Positions 54,311 through 64,000 of a DNA stretch of 64,000 bases are shown here, one piece after another. The stretch lies in assembly GCA_963798915.1 (NCBI GenBank), contig CAWCVB010000007.1:96001-160000 (forward strand). Direction: 5' to 3'. The notes below the pieces were generated by a model. That model did no database searches. It had not been told where the DNA came from and saw nothing but the letters and a program-made list of their open reading frames with translations. The position numbers were made by a program, and so were the translations under genes. The first letter of the stretch is position 1. The number at the start of each line of letters is the position of its first letter. This DNA comes from an uncultured Gemmatimonadales bacterium (GTDB taxonomy: Bacteria; Gemmatimonadota; Gemmatimonadetes; Gemmatimonadales; GWC2-71-9).

Positions 54311-55525
54311 CTAATCCCCCAACGACGGCAGACTCCGCAGAAAATCCGCCAGCAATTTCGTGGTCGCCACCGGTTGCTCCACCGAGACGATATGGCCGGC
54401 GCCGTGGATCACCTCCAGGCGGGCGCCGGCAATGGCCGCGGCCATGCGGTGCGCCGAGGCGGGTGGCGTAATGCGGTCATGCTCGCCCACCGCCACCAGC
54501 GCGGGAAGCTCGAGCGACTCCAGTAGTGCAGTGCTGTCGGCCCGGTCGCGCATCGCCGCCAGCGCACCGACGATGCCTGGCACGGGCGTGGCGAGAATGA
54601 TCCGTTCGACCTGGTGCCAGGGCTCTCCCACCTGATCGGCCGTCTCACGGGCAAAGAGTTTCGGAAGCATGGCTGCCGCCACCGCGCCTGCACCGGTGTC
54701 CCGCGCGGCCTGCGCCGCCGCATCGCGCGAGCGCCGGCCTTCGGGTGAATCGCTCTCGGCCCGCGTGTCCATCAGAATCAGGGCGCGCACCCGCCCGGGA
54801 TGACGGCGCAGGAATTCGAACGCGATGTAGCCGCCCATGGACAGCCCGCACAGCACCACTTCCTCGACGCCCAGCGAATCCAGCAGCGCCGCCAGGTCCT
54901 CGGCGTACGTGGTCATGCTGTAGCCCAGGTCGGGCGCGTCGGAGCGCCCCATGCCGCGGAGATCCGGGGCAATGCGTCGCCATCCGTCCAGATGCTCGAG
55001 CTGGTGGCGCCAGATGCTCCGGTCCAGCGGATAGCCATGGATGAACAGGATGGCCGGTCCCTCTCCCGCCACGTCCACGGCCAGACCCACGCCATTGACC
55101 GTGATCCGACGCACCGCTTCCCCATCCGGCGTCTCTTCCAGCAGGCCGGCGATCACGTCCGGCACCGGCGCTGGCCTGCCGTTGCCGCCCAGGCAGACGA
55201 AGACGAATTCGGCCGTGGCGGCAAGCGCATCGTCGCTCAGCCGGCGGGCGCTCTGGCGCAGCGTGAAGCTGGTGCGTCCCAGATGCGTCAGCGTCTGTTG
55301 GAAGCGGAGCTGGTCGCCAGGGAAGACCTGGGCGAGGTAATCCACCGAGGCATGCCGAACGGCCGGCCACACGCCCGCGCGCTGGAAGACATCCAGGCCG
55401 GGGCCCGCCAGAAACACATCCCACCGTGCGCGCTCGAACAGGACCAGAAAGGCGGCCTGGTTCAGGTGACCATACGAATCGCACTGGTCGGGATAGACGG
55501 TGACGTCGATCTCAGGAAGGGACAT
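54311..55525 (-). CDS. Hotdog thioesterase fused to alpha/beta hydrolase
   Basis: DSYGHLNQA (4HBT-like); HGYP, DLRGMG, GLSMGG. Confidence 0.88.
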   Translation of the reverse strand: MSLPEIDVTVYPDQCDSYGHLNQAAFLVLFERARWDVFLAGPGLDVFQRAGVWPAVRHASVDYLAQVFPGDQLRFQQTLTHLGRTSFTLRQSARRLSDDALAATAEFVFVCLGGNGRPAPVPDVIAGLLEETPDGEAVRRITVNGVGLAVDVAGEGPAILFIHGYPLDRSIWRHQLEHLDGWRRIAPDLRGMGRSDAPDLGYSMTTYAEDLAALLDSLGVEEVVLCGLSMGGYIAFEFLRRHPGRVRALILMDTRAESDSPEGRRSRDAAAQAARDTGAGAVAAAMLPKLFARETADQVGEPWHQVERIILATPVPGIVGALAAMRDRADSTALLESLELPALVAVGEHDRITPPASAHRMAAAIAGARLEVIHGAGHIVSVEQPVATTKLLADFLRSLPSLGD

Positions 55526-55678
55526 GGATGGAGCTTACGCTCCAGGCGGCCAGGCGGCTAGACGGTTGGACGGCTGGACGGCTGGATGGTTAGGTTCCAT
55601 CATCGTGCGCACCTGGCCGCCCGAGCGTCCGGCCGTCCGACGCTCTAGCCGTCTAACCATCCAGCCATCCAGCCGCCC

Positions 55679-55852
55679 ATGCCAGACACCGACTATATCC
55701 GACACGCCGCCAAGTTGGCGCGCCAGGCGCAGATGCAGGCCGCCATGGGTGAGACGCCAACCCTGGACGCCGATTTCTTCAAGACGCTGGCCAAGGCGCT
55801 GGATGAGATGGCGCAGGGATTGGAACAGGTCGCCAGACGGGCGCGCGAGTGA
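55679..55852 (+). CDS. Small hypothetical protein (57 aa)
   Basis: Manual translation MPDTDYIRHAAK...; stop overlaps the rnd GTG. Confidence 0.55.
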   Translation: MPDTDYIRHAAKLARQAQMQAAMGETPTLDADFFKTLAKALDEMAQGLEQVARRARE

Positions 55853-57012
55853 CCGGGCGCCAGCCCCGTCCGCTCCGCGACATGACGTTCGTCCACTCCG
55901 ATGCGGGGTTGGCGGCCTGGCTGGCCGACGCCCAGGATGCCGCACTGCTGGCGCTCGACACGGAAGCCGCCAGCTTCCACCGGTACGAGGACAAGGTCTA
56001 CCTGCTCCAGCTGTCCACCCGCGAGCGCACGGCCGTGGTGGACCCTCTCGCCGTCAGCAGTCTGGACGCCATCGGCGACCTGCTGGCCGATCCGGCGGTG
56101 GAATCGGTGTTCCATGATGCCGACTATGACCTTCGGCTGCTGGCCCGCCAGTTCGGGTACAAGTGCACCAGTCTCTTTGACACGCGGGTGGCGGCCCAGC
56201 TGCTCAATGAGCCCGGGATCGGGCTGGCGGCACTGCTCGAGAAATACCTGGGCGTGAAGCTGGACAAGCGCTTCCAGCGGGCCGACTGGTCGGCTCGGCC
56301 CCTGAGCGACGACATGCTGAGATATGCCGCCTCGGACACCGATTATCTACCGGAGTTGCGAGACATACTCCGTGACGAGCTTGTGGCCCGAAAGCGCCTG
56401 CACTGGGCGGAGGAGGAGTTCGCCCTGCTGACCGAAGTGCGCTGGCCGGATGCCGAGGGCATGGAACCGGGTTGGCTGCGGATGAAGGGCGCCAAGGTGC
56501 TCAAGCCGCGCATGTTGGCCGTCCTGGCCGAACTCTGGACTTGGCGCGATGAGGAAGCCAGACGGCTGGACCGCGCGCCCTTCCGGATCATGAACAACGA
56601 GCCGATGATGACCATGGCCAAGGAGCCGCCGGCAAGCCTGGATGAGCTGGCCAAGGTCAAGGGCGTGGGGCGCGACATTGCCGCCAAGCGCGGCGCCGAG
56701 ATCATGCGAGCCATCCAGCGGGCGCTGGCCATTCCCGAGTCGCAGTTGCCGCGCCGGGAGCGCCTGCCCCGGCGCCCACCAGATCCTGAACAGGACGCCC
56801 GGCTCGAACGCCTCAAGGCGGTTCGCAACGAAGCAGCCACGACCATTGGGCTCGCGCCGGGCGTGCTCTGTCCCAACGGAATCCTGGAAGGCGTTGCACG
56901 GCTGGAGCCGGCCACCAGCGAAGAGCTGCTGGAGGTGCCCGGAATCCGGCGATGGCAGGTGGAGGAAATCGGGAAACAGCTGCTGCGGAGTGTTGCCGCT
57001 AAAACCCCATGA
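55849..57012 (+). CDS. rnd: Ribonuclease D
   Basis: ALDTE, FDTRVAA, ADWSARPL..YAASD, HRDC domains. Confidence 0.92.
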   Translation: MTGRQPRPLRDMTFVHSDAGLAAWLADAQDAALLALDTEAASFHRYEDKVYLLQLSTRERTAVVDPLAVSSLDAIGDLLADPAVESVFHDADYDLRLLARQFGYKCTSLFDTRVAAQLLNEPGIGLAALLEKYLGVKLDKRFQRADWSARPLSDDMLRYAASDTDYLPELRDILRDELVARKRLHWAEEEFALLTEVRWPDAEGMEPGWLRMKGAKVLKPRMLAVLAELWTWRDEEARRLDRAPFRIMNNEPMMTMAKEPPASLDELAKVKGVGRDIAAKRGAEIMRAIQRALAIPESQLPRRERLPRRPPDPEQDARLERLKAVRNEAATTIGLAPGVLCPNGILEGVARLEPATSEELLEVPGIRRWQVEEIGKQLLRSVAAKTP

Positions 57013-57310
57013 AGGCCTTGACACGCGGGTCCATGCGCTCAGGCGTCCAGTAGGGTTCCCAGACCAGCTCGACCTCGACCCGATCAACCCCCTCGAGATC
57101 GTTAACCACGTTGCGCACGTCTTCCATGATCTGCCCACCGGCGGGGCAGCCGGGTGACGTCAGGGTCATCCTGACGATCACGTCGGCATCCACGCCGGCA
57201 GTCTCGTTCACGATGACATCGTAAATCAATCCGATATCCACGATGTTGAGGCCCAGCTCGGGGTCCTTCACGCCGCGGAGCGCCTTGCGGATGGTGTCAG
57301 CTTCGATCAT
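56999..57310 (-). CDS. Metal-sulfur cluster assembly factor (DUF59/SufT-like)
   Basis: VKDPELGLNIVDIGLIY, MTLTSPGCP, WEPYWTPERM. Confidence 0.92.
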   Translation of the reverse strand: MIEADTIRKALRGVKDPELGLNIVDIGLIYDVIVNETAGVDADVIVRMTLTSPGCPAGGQIMEDVRNVVNDLEGVDRVEVELVWEPYWTPERMDPRVKAFMGF

Positions 57311-57363
57311 GAATGGAATATAGCGCGGCGGATGGCCTGCGGACCGCCCGTACAGATCCTGCG

Positions 57364-58527
57364 TCACGAATCTCGGGTTACGAGTTTCGCATCCTGGGCG
57401 GGCATCGCCCGGGCCACGGCATCTGCCACAGCCGAGCGCACTTGGGCCATCGCGCGCAGCGAATGTCGGGCACGCGGGTCGAAACTCCGGTTGGCCAGGA
57501 AGATCACGAAAACATCGCGCGCCGGATCCACCCACATTTCGGTACCGGTCCAGCCGGTGTGCCCATACGCCGTCGAACTGAGCAGGCGGCCATAGACCGA
57601 CGTTCCTTCGTAGGTGGGATCGGGAGAATCCCAGCCGAGGAGCCGGGAGCCTGACACGCTGGTACCGGTCAGGAACTCGTGCACCGTGGACGCCTTGACC
57701 CACATGGTACTGTCATCCAGCGCGCCGTCCCGAAGCCAGGTCTGGGCAAACCGCGCCAGGTCGGAAGCGGTGGCAAAGAGACCTGCATGGCCCGAGACGC
57801 CCTCGAGCATCTGCGCGTTCTGGTCATTCGGCACGCCGGCGACGACTTCACCCTTGAGGAACGAGCTGGGCGCGATCCGAGCCAGCAGCGAGTGCGGTGG
57901 CCGGAACATCGTCTGTGCCATGCCCAGCGGATCGAAGACTTGCTGGCTGAGCACCGAGTCGAGCGGCATGCCCGAGGCAGATTCCAGCACCAGGCCCAGG
58001 AGAATCCCGTTCAGGTCACTGTAGACCGGGCTGGTGCCGGGAGCCTGCCGAAGGGTCGCGGCAGTGACCTGGGCCAGCGCTTCGCTCCGGCTGGTGGCCG
58101 TGCGGTAGAGCGGCAGGAACGGGGGCAGCCCACTGGTATGCAGGAGCAGCATCTTCACCGTCACCGAGTCCCGAAGCCCACCGCTGAACTCGGGCACGTA
58201 CTGCGCAACCGGCGCATTCAGATCCAGCACGCCCTGGTCCACCATGCGAAGCGCCGCGCCGGCCGCAATCACCTTGGTGAGCGAGGCGAGATCCCACAGC
58301 GTGGAGTCGGCGCGCGGGCGGGGCGACGAGCTGCTCCAGGTGTAGTGCCCGAATCGCGCCGAATGCAGAATGCGGTCATGCGTGCCGATTACCACCACAG
58401 CGCCGGGAAACACGCCGCGCTGAATGCCGAAGCGGACCGCCTTGTCCACCGCAGAAAAATCGCGCGTGGGACCGGTTGGGCCGCCGAAGCCAGTGGCGGC
58501 AGCGACGAGGAGCAGCGAGGTGATCAT
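57364..58527 (-). CDS. Serine hydrolase, beta-lactamase-like
   Basis: LASLTK, YSD, GHAGLF, GHTGWTG. Confidence 0.9.
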   Translation of the reverse strand: MITSLLLVAAATGFGGPTGPTRDFSAVDKAVRFGIQRGVFPGAVVVIGTHDRILHSARFGHYTWSSSSPRPRADSTLWDLASLTKVIAAGAALRMVDQGVLDLNAPVAQYVPEFSGGLRDSVTVKMLLLHTSGLPPFLPLYRTATSRSEALAQVTAATLRQAPGTSPVYSDLNGILLGLVLESASGMPLDSVLSQQVFDPLGMAQTMFRPPHSLLARIAPSSFLKGEVVAGVPNDQNAQMLEGVSGHAGLFATASDLARFAQTWLRDGALDDSTMWVKASTVHEFLTGTSVSGSRLLGWDSPDPTYEGTSVYGRLLSSTAYGHTGWTGTEMWVDPARDVFVIFLANRSFDPRARHSLRAMAQVRSAVADAVARAMPAQDAKLVTRDS

Positions 58528-59321
58528 TGGCCGCCCGCCGAATCGGAAATGGGACCGACGGGCAGGGCGTACAGCAGTTGTGCCGTGGCTCGGTCGCGAT
58601 CGGTGAGCGCACCGACTCGCGTGGCCGGGAACATCACGTCCGCCGAATCGGCCGAGTGGGGCAGGCCGATGGCGTGGCCGGTCTCATGTACCGCCACAGC
58701 AAAGAGGGAGGCGTCCGGCAACCGGACGCCCGTCTGGGTATGGATGGCCAGCGACACCGAGGCCCGGCGCACCCGCCCAACGCGATCCCACGTGAGATCG
58801 GTCTGGCCGGCACGGTCATAAGGAAAGCGGTCGATCCACCGGAAGACGATGTCGGCCATGGTGGTGTCACTGATCAGCTCGAACCGCACTCCGGAGCCGG
58901 AGGTGGACCAGAGGTCGAGGGCGCGATGCACAAAACTGGTCATGCGGGGCTTGTAGCCGGCCACGTCACCATCGACGATGGCGACCCGCAGCGGCAGGCC
59001 CGCGCGGTCGGGCCAGCGCCGGACCACCGAGTCGGTAGAAGCAAGCAGGGAGTCGAGGTAGGTGGACATCCCGGCCCGGGCGATCTGCTGGCGGGCCGCA
59101 AGCCGGGCCAGCCGATCAATCGTGGGCGTGGCCGCCGGGCCCGCGGCCGGCCGGGCGACCCGGACAGGCGCGGCAGCCGTACGGGCCCCGGACGCCCCGA
59201 CCATCGTGGCAGGCGCCACGGGCTGCGGGGTGTCGCGCGGCTCACGCAGGTGCTGCACGCGGTCCACGAGGACGATAATTGCAAGTCCCAGTGTGAGAAG
59301 CGGCAAGGCGAATCGTTTCAT
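58524..59321 (-). CDS. Matrixin-family metalloprotease
   Basis: HETGHAIGLPHS..DVM. Confidence 0.9.
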   Translation of the reverse strand: MKRFALPLLTLGLAIIVLVDRVQHLREPRDTPQPVAPATMVGASGARTAAAPVRVARPAAGPAATPTIDRLARLAARQQIARAGMSTYLDSLLASTDSVVRRWPDRAGLPLRVAIVDGDVAGYKPRMTSFVHRALDLWSTSGSGVRFELISDTTMADIVFRWIDRFPYDRAGQTDLTWDRVGRVRRASVSLAIHTQTGVRLPDASLFAVAVHETGHAIGLPHSADSADVMFPATRVGALTDRDRATAQLLYALPVGPISDSAGGQ

Positions 59322-59461
59322 GGCGTCCGGGTAAAGTCTCCCGCAGGTAATGCAAGGGCCGGGCCGCTCGGGTGGCGCGCCGGGGCGACGCTGCCTAACA
59401 TTGGCCCCGGCGGTTCCACGGCGCCAGCCGCAGCCCTTTCAGCAAGGAGCAGGTTCCGATC

Positions 59462-61786
59462 GTGATGGGTTGGTTTGCGCGGGCCCTGGTCCGCTGGCGC
59501 TGGGCTGTCCTCGGCGCGTGGATCCTCATCGGCGCGGTGGCCGCGATCCGCGCCCCGGCCACCCCCAAACTGCTCAACGTGCGGGGTGGCAGCAACAAGC
59601 TGACCGAGGCGGCGCTCGCCGATCGCGCGCTGAAGACCCGTTTCGCCGAGTCGCTGAGCGACTTCTTTGCCCTCACGCTCGAAGGGCCGGCCCCGTTCGA
59701 CAGCGGCCGGCCTCGCATGGTGCTGGACAGCATCTCCAGCGCGCTGGCCCGCCAGCCGTACATCCGCAGCGTCGTCTCCTGGCCGCTGACGCACGATTCC
59801 ACGTTCATCAGCAGCGATCACCGGGCCACGTTTCTGGTGCTCGCACTCACGGTGACCGAGAGCGACACGGTCGCCAACCTGGTGACGCCGGTGCGGTCGG
59901 TGATTGCCGCGACGCTGCGCACTTTTCATGACAGCGACCAATATACGGCACACGTCACCGGCCGCTCGCCACTCGACCTCGACGTGCGCAAGGTTTCCAC
60001 CGAGGACAGCAAGACCGGCGAGGCGCGGCTGCTGCCGCTGACGCTGGTGGTGCTCATCCTCGCATTCGGCGCACTGGTGGCGGCCGGCCTGCCACTGGTG
60101 ATTGGCTTCCTGGCCATCGCTGTCTCGCTCACGATCATCGGGCTGCTCACCAGGATTACGCCCATGTCCATCTTCGTCCTCAACATGACGACGATGATCG
60201 GGCTGGGCGTGGGCATTGACTACTCGCTCCTGGTGGTGACGCGCTTCCGGGAAGAACTGCGGCGTGGCCACCGGCGTCGGGAAGCGGCGGTCAATACGGT
60301 GCGGACCGCAGGCAGCGCCGTGGTGACATCCGGCATGACCGTCGTGGTGGGGTTTGCGGCACTCCTGTTCACACCACTGATCGAGACCCGGAGCGTCGGC
60401 CTGGGCGGACTCGTGGTGGTCGCCGTTGCAGTGCTGCTGTCGATTACGCTCCTCCCTGCCCTCCTGGCCATCATGGGCCGCGACATCGATCGTCCCCGGT
60501 GGCTGGCGCGGCGACTCACGTGGTATCACTCGCCGCGCGCCTGGGAAAAGTGGGCGCGCTCGCTGGCTCGCCACCCGCTCCGCGCCCTCTCCATGGGCGG
60601 GCTCGCGATTGCGGTGCTCACCACACCACTGCTCTTCATTCGAATCGGCCTGCCGGCCCGCAACTGGTGGCCCTCGGCGACCGAAGCCGGCCGTGGGCTG
60701 GAGACGCTCACGCGCATGGGTGTGGCGGGCTACATCCAACCAGTCCGGGTGGTGGTGGAGCTGCCGCCTGGCGGGAATGCGGTGAGCGCTGCCTCGCTTC
60801 GGGGCATGATGGCGCTCCGGGATTCATTCCAGGCCGACCCCCGCGTGCGTGAGGTCCGCAGCCTGGTGAACATCGGCGGCCGTCAATCCATTCTCGAGCT
60901 GTCAGCCTTGTACAGCGAGCTGGACAGCGCGCGCGCCGAGTATGGCGAGTTTGTCAATGCGTACCTGAGCCGTGACAGCCGGGTGGCGCTGATGGATCTC
61001 ATCCCTGCCGATACCACCTCGCTCACCAGTACCCAGGAACTGGTGCGCCGGGTGCGGGACATTGTGGCCCACCCGCCGAAGCAGCTCCGCACTGCCACGA
61101 TCAGGGTGGGCGGCTACTCGGCGAGTGCGCTGGATTTTCAGGATGACCTGATGGCGCGCTTCCCGCTCATTGTCCTCCTGGTCCTCGGCGCCACCGGCGT
61201 GATGCTGGCGATTGCCTTCCGGTCGGTGCTGGTGCCGCTCAAGGCCATCATCATGAACAGTCTCTCGGTGGGCGCCACGTTCGGGCTCATCGTGCTGGTG
61301 TTCCAATACGGCCTCGGCGCCCGGATCCTGGGGCTCTCCGGCGCCACGTCGGCCATCTTCGTCGTGGTACCGGTGCTGGTCTTTGCCGTGGTCTTCGGCC
61401 TCAGCATGGATTACGAAGTGTTCCTGCTGAGCCGCATCAAGGAAGCGTTTGACCGCACCGGCCGGAACGACGAAGCAACCATGGAAGGCGTCGCCGCCAC
61501 GGCGAGCGTCATCACCTCCGCCGCGCTCATCATGATCATGGTGTTCGGGGTGTTTGCCTTTGCGCGAGTGCTGGTCATGCAGTTCCTGGGCTTTGGGCTG
61601 GCGGTGGCGGTGCTGCTGGATGCGACCATCATCCGGATGGTGCTGGTGCCGTCCTTCATGCACCTGGCCGGACGATGGAACTGGTGGCCGGGGGTGCGGA
61701 AGGCCGACAGCCGGGAAGACGGCAAAACGGGAAGACCGATTGCTCCAGATCTTCCCGCCGTCCCAACGTCCCGCCCTTCCGACTGA
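59462..61786 (+). CDS. MMPL/RND-family transporter
   Basis: GLGVGIDYSL, FGLSMDYEVFLLSRIKE. Confidence 0.93.
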   Translation: MMGWFARALVRWRWAVLGAWILIGAVAAIRAPATPKLLNVRGGSNKLTEAALADRALKTRFAESLSDFFALTLEGPAPFDSGRPRMVLDSISSALARQPYIRSVVSWPLTHDSTFISSDHRATFLVLALTVTESDTVANLVTPVRSVIAATLRTFHDSDQYTAHVTGRSPLDLDVRKVSTEDSKTGEARLLPLTLVVLILAFGALVAAGLPLVIGFLAIAVSLTIIGLLTRITPMSIFVLNMTTMIGLGVGIDYSLLVVTRFREELRRGHRRREAAVNTVRTAGSAVVTSGMTVVVGFAALLFTPLIETRSVGLGGLVVVAVAVLLSITLLPALLAIMGRDIDRPRWLARRLTWYHSPRAWEKWARSLARHPLRALSMGGLAIAVLTTPLLFIRIGLPARNWWPSATEAGRGLETLTRMGVAGYIQPVRVVVELPPGGNAVSAASLRGMMALRDSFQADPRVREVRSLVNIGGRQSILELSALYSELDSARAEYGEFVNAYLSRDSRVALMDLIPADTTSLTSTQELVRRVRDIVAHPPKQLRTATIRVGGYSASALDFQDDLMARFPLIVLLVLGATGVMLAIAFRSVLVPLKAIIMNSLSVGATFGLIVLVFQYGLGARILGLSGATSAIFVVVPVLVFAVVFGLSMDYEVFLLSRIKEAFDRTGRNDEATMEGVAATASVITSAALIMIMVFGVFAFARVLVMQFLGFGLAVAVLLDATIIRMVLVPSFMHLAGRWNWWPGVRKADSREDGKTGRPIAPDLPAVPTSRPSD

Positions 61787-61802
61787 CTTCCGGTCTGTCC
61801 GT

Positions 61803-62267
61803 CTACCTGATCGCCCCCATGACGCCGCGGACCATCCAGATCAGCCCGACGGTCAGCAGCGTCAGCAGGACCACTACTATCACGACTTCGGCGATACCGG
61901 CCGCGCGGTACAGGCCGATCCGCTCCCGGTCGGCGCGGGCGGCCGCACGCCGGGCCTCGATTCTGGAGATGGCAGGCGACGAGACCGGTGTGCTGCCTTC
62001 GGGCGACAGGGATGGAAACCCCTCGGGCGAGCGTCGTACGCTGCCGAGAACGAGGCGATCTTCCGGAGGCCGAAAGCCCATCCGTTCGTTCCACGCTGAT
62101 ACGATGCCAGAGTGATTGCGCACCGGCTGCCACGCCTGCCTGGCGTAGTCGAACACGTAGTCGTCCACGTCCAAATGGCCCGCCTCGAGCGCATCGAGCA
62201 GCGAATCGAGCGTGAGCCAGGGGGTTTCGACGCCGGCGGAATTGCTGGTCAGGAACGGGACGGGCAC
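61803..62267 (-). CDS. Hypothetical protein with C-terminal TM
   Basis: Plausible ORF between OMP and MMPL genes. Confidence 0.6.
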   Translation of the reverse strand: MPVPFLTSNSAGVETPWLTLDSLLDALEAGHLDVDDYVFDYARQAWQPVRNHSGIVSAWNERMGFRPPEDRLVLGSVRRSPEGFPSLSPEGSTPVSSPAISRIEARRAAARADRERIGLYRAAGIAEVVIVVVLLTLLTVGLIWMVRGVMGAIR

Positions 62268-62343
62268 GCCTGCCGCCTCTCAAGAGGTTGCCTGCAACAT
62301 TCATCCAATCGCCGATACCCGCAATAGCGGTGGGCAGCGGGAC

Positions 62344-63603
62344 TCAGAAGAAGTCTGCGGTGCCTGACCCGAATCGAGGATTGACCACGTTATTGAAGAT
62401 CGAGCCGAAGCTGTAGCTGAAGCCGGCCGAGAGGAAGTAGCGGTAGTCGGTGGCAAGCTCCTGCTGCTGGAGGAGAATCTCCTCGGGGGTCAGGCCCTGG
62501 GCCGGCAGGTAGAGCTGGTCCCGGACGCGCGAAATGCTGCCGTCCAGCTCCAGCGAGAGTCCCTTGAGCAATCGCACCTGGAGGTCCGTGGAGAACCGCA
62601 CCGAATTGCGAGCGAGGTCATGAAGATACTGTCTCGCTCGGAGCCGGAAGCCGGCCGATCCCCATGGCTGGGTGGCATCAAGTTCGGCCTCCAGCGAATG
62701 CTCCAGCAGCGTCTGCCGGAGCTTCTGGTAGATGGTCACTTCATCGTAGCGGAAGTAATCGGCGCCCAGCTGGTACCGGATGGTGAGAAGCCGGCCCGCC
62801 GAGGCACTGTAGGGAAACACGTCGTACTCGACACCGAGCGCACCGCGGAGGCCCAGCCGGCGGTTGCTGTAGCTGGACCGGCTGGCGGCCACGGCCGCGC
62901 CGATGCCCCAGTGCGGCCCCATAGTCCTCACGACTGATGCTTCGGCGCCGTATTCCCGCTGCGTGCTGCTGACCGTCTCGGTGCTGTCCAGGTCAAAGGA
63001 GTTCTTCTCATAACTCCCATCCAGCGACAACGAGAGCTTGAGCGCGTCGGTGTTGCGGTTGGCGGAGACACTGCCTTCGAGGTCGGTGCTCTTCTGGTGC
63101 GACTCTCCCTCGAGGCGCGTCTGCCCGTCAACGCGGAAGACCCAGAAATTCCACGGATCCTGGGCCGGCGTCGTCTCGGCGGTGCTGTCGAGCGCCGGGC
63201 CGCGATAGCTGATCACCAGGTCCCGGCCAATGGGCGACCGGGCGACGAAGCGTACCAGCCCCAGCTTGAAGGTCCGGGCCAATCCCTCCCGCACCTGATC
63301 ATCGGTCGCATCCTGGGGCGCAAACCACGAGAGCGAGTCCCGGGTGGCGGCAAAGGCATGTCGACCAATGAAGACCGCGGCATAGGCCGCGCCGCCACCG
63401 CCGGTTCGCTGGCGGGTGACCAGGATGTGCACATCGGCGTCCTGGGGCGAGCGGACATAGTCCACAAAGGTGATCTGGCGAACGAAGTAATCGTCGTCGC
63501 AGTGGAAGTGCTGGCAGTCGAGGTAGACCCGGATCGGTGAGACCTGCGCGGCCGCCGTGGCCGGCAGCAAAAGCAGCAGGAACAACAGCAGCGACCGCGC
63601 CAT
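62344..63603 (-). CDS. Exported/outer-membrane beta-barrel hypothetical protein
   Basis: Signal peptide, DPWNFWVF, FGSIFNNVVNPRF. Confidence 0.8.
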   Translation of the reverse strand: MARSLLLFLLLLLPATAAAQVSPIRVYLDCQHFHCDDDYFVRQITFVDYVRSPQDADVHILVTRQRTGGGGAAYAAVFIGRHAFAATRDSLSWFAPQDATDDQVREGLARTFKLGLVRFVARSPIGRDLVISYRGPALDSTAETTPAQDPWNFWVFRVDGQTRLEGESHQKSTDLEGSVSANRNTDALKLSLSLDGSYEKNSFDLDSTETVSSTQREYGAEASVVRTMGPHWGIGAAVAASRSSYSNRRLGLRGALGVEYDVFPYSASAGRLLTIRYQLGADYFRYDEVTIYQKLRQTLLEHSLEAELDATQPWGSAGFRLRARQYLHDLARNSVRFSTDLQVRLLKGLSLELDGSISRVRDQLYLPAQGLTPEEILLQQQELATDYRYFLSAGFSYSFGSIFNNVVNPRFGSGTADFF

Positions 63604-63604
63604 G

Positions 63605-64000
63605 TCAGCCCAGACCCTTGGCATCGAGCCAGTTGCTTCCCACTCCCATTTCCACCACCAGCGGAACCTCGAGCTGTGCCGCGCCCTCCATGTGCTCGCG
63701 CACGACGGCCTGGACATGGTCGAGTTCGGCCGGCGGAACCTCGAGGACGAGTTCGTCGTGCACCTGCAGCAGCAGGCGGCTTTCCAGGCGCTCGTCCCGC
63801 AGCACCCGGTGGATTTCGATCATGGCCAGCTTGATCAGGTCGGCCGCCGAGCCCTGCAGGGGGGAGTTCTGGGCAGTGCGCTCACCGTAGGAGCGAATGT
63901 TGAAGTTGCGGTCGCGCACTTCCGGGACGTAGCGCCGGCGGCCGGAGAGCGTTTCCACGTATCCCTTGTCCCGGGCCAGCTCGACCTGCCCATCGAGAAA
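63605..64000 (-). CDS. polA: DNA polymerase I, C-terminal part
   Basis: NSPLQGSAADLIK, LLQVHDELV. Confidence 0.95.
   Translation of the reverse strand, partial: FLDGQVELARDKGYVETLSGRRRYVPEVRDRNFNIRSYGERTAQNSPLQGSAADLIKLAMIEIHRVLRDERLESRLLLQVHDELVLEVPPAELDHVQAVVREHMEGAAQLEVPLVVEMGVGSNWLDAKGLG

Overview
High-GC bacterial chromosomal window with two parts; gene content is Gemmatimonadota-like, but that is an impression only. (1) About 1-24.8 kb is a minus-strand integron cassette array with ~17 attC sites plus two half-sites. It carries five toxin-antitoxin modules, hydrolases, a DHFR-like protein and a large J-domain protein missed by the ORF track. A 5'-truncated intI (23578-23856) is co-oriented with the cassettes and followed by a probable attI. 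The array has been invaded by an IS481-family element, two defective IS91/ISCR-like copies flanking captured genes, and an IS110-family element. Best finding: the IS110 element (14830-16061) is an IS621-like bridge recombinase. Its left-end RNA carries readable guides for its own donor junction (ACAGTTG-CT-TGTA) and for the attC R' core (CTAACGA). Relics of related elements sit at the equivalent CT dinucleotide of two other cassette boundaries (20980 and 24632), which suggests an RNA-guided element programmed against integron recombination sites. (2) About 24.9-64 kb is an origin-proximal housekeeping backbone: ltaE, a nucleoside ABC transporter, bactofilin/M23, parAB with two parS sites, mnmG, an ABC-2 transporter, bacilliredoxin, the suf operon, def, MscS, patatin, ferredoxin, rnd, MMPL and the 3' end of polA. 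Several single-base frameshifts in backbone genes may be assembly errors.
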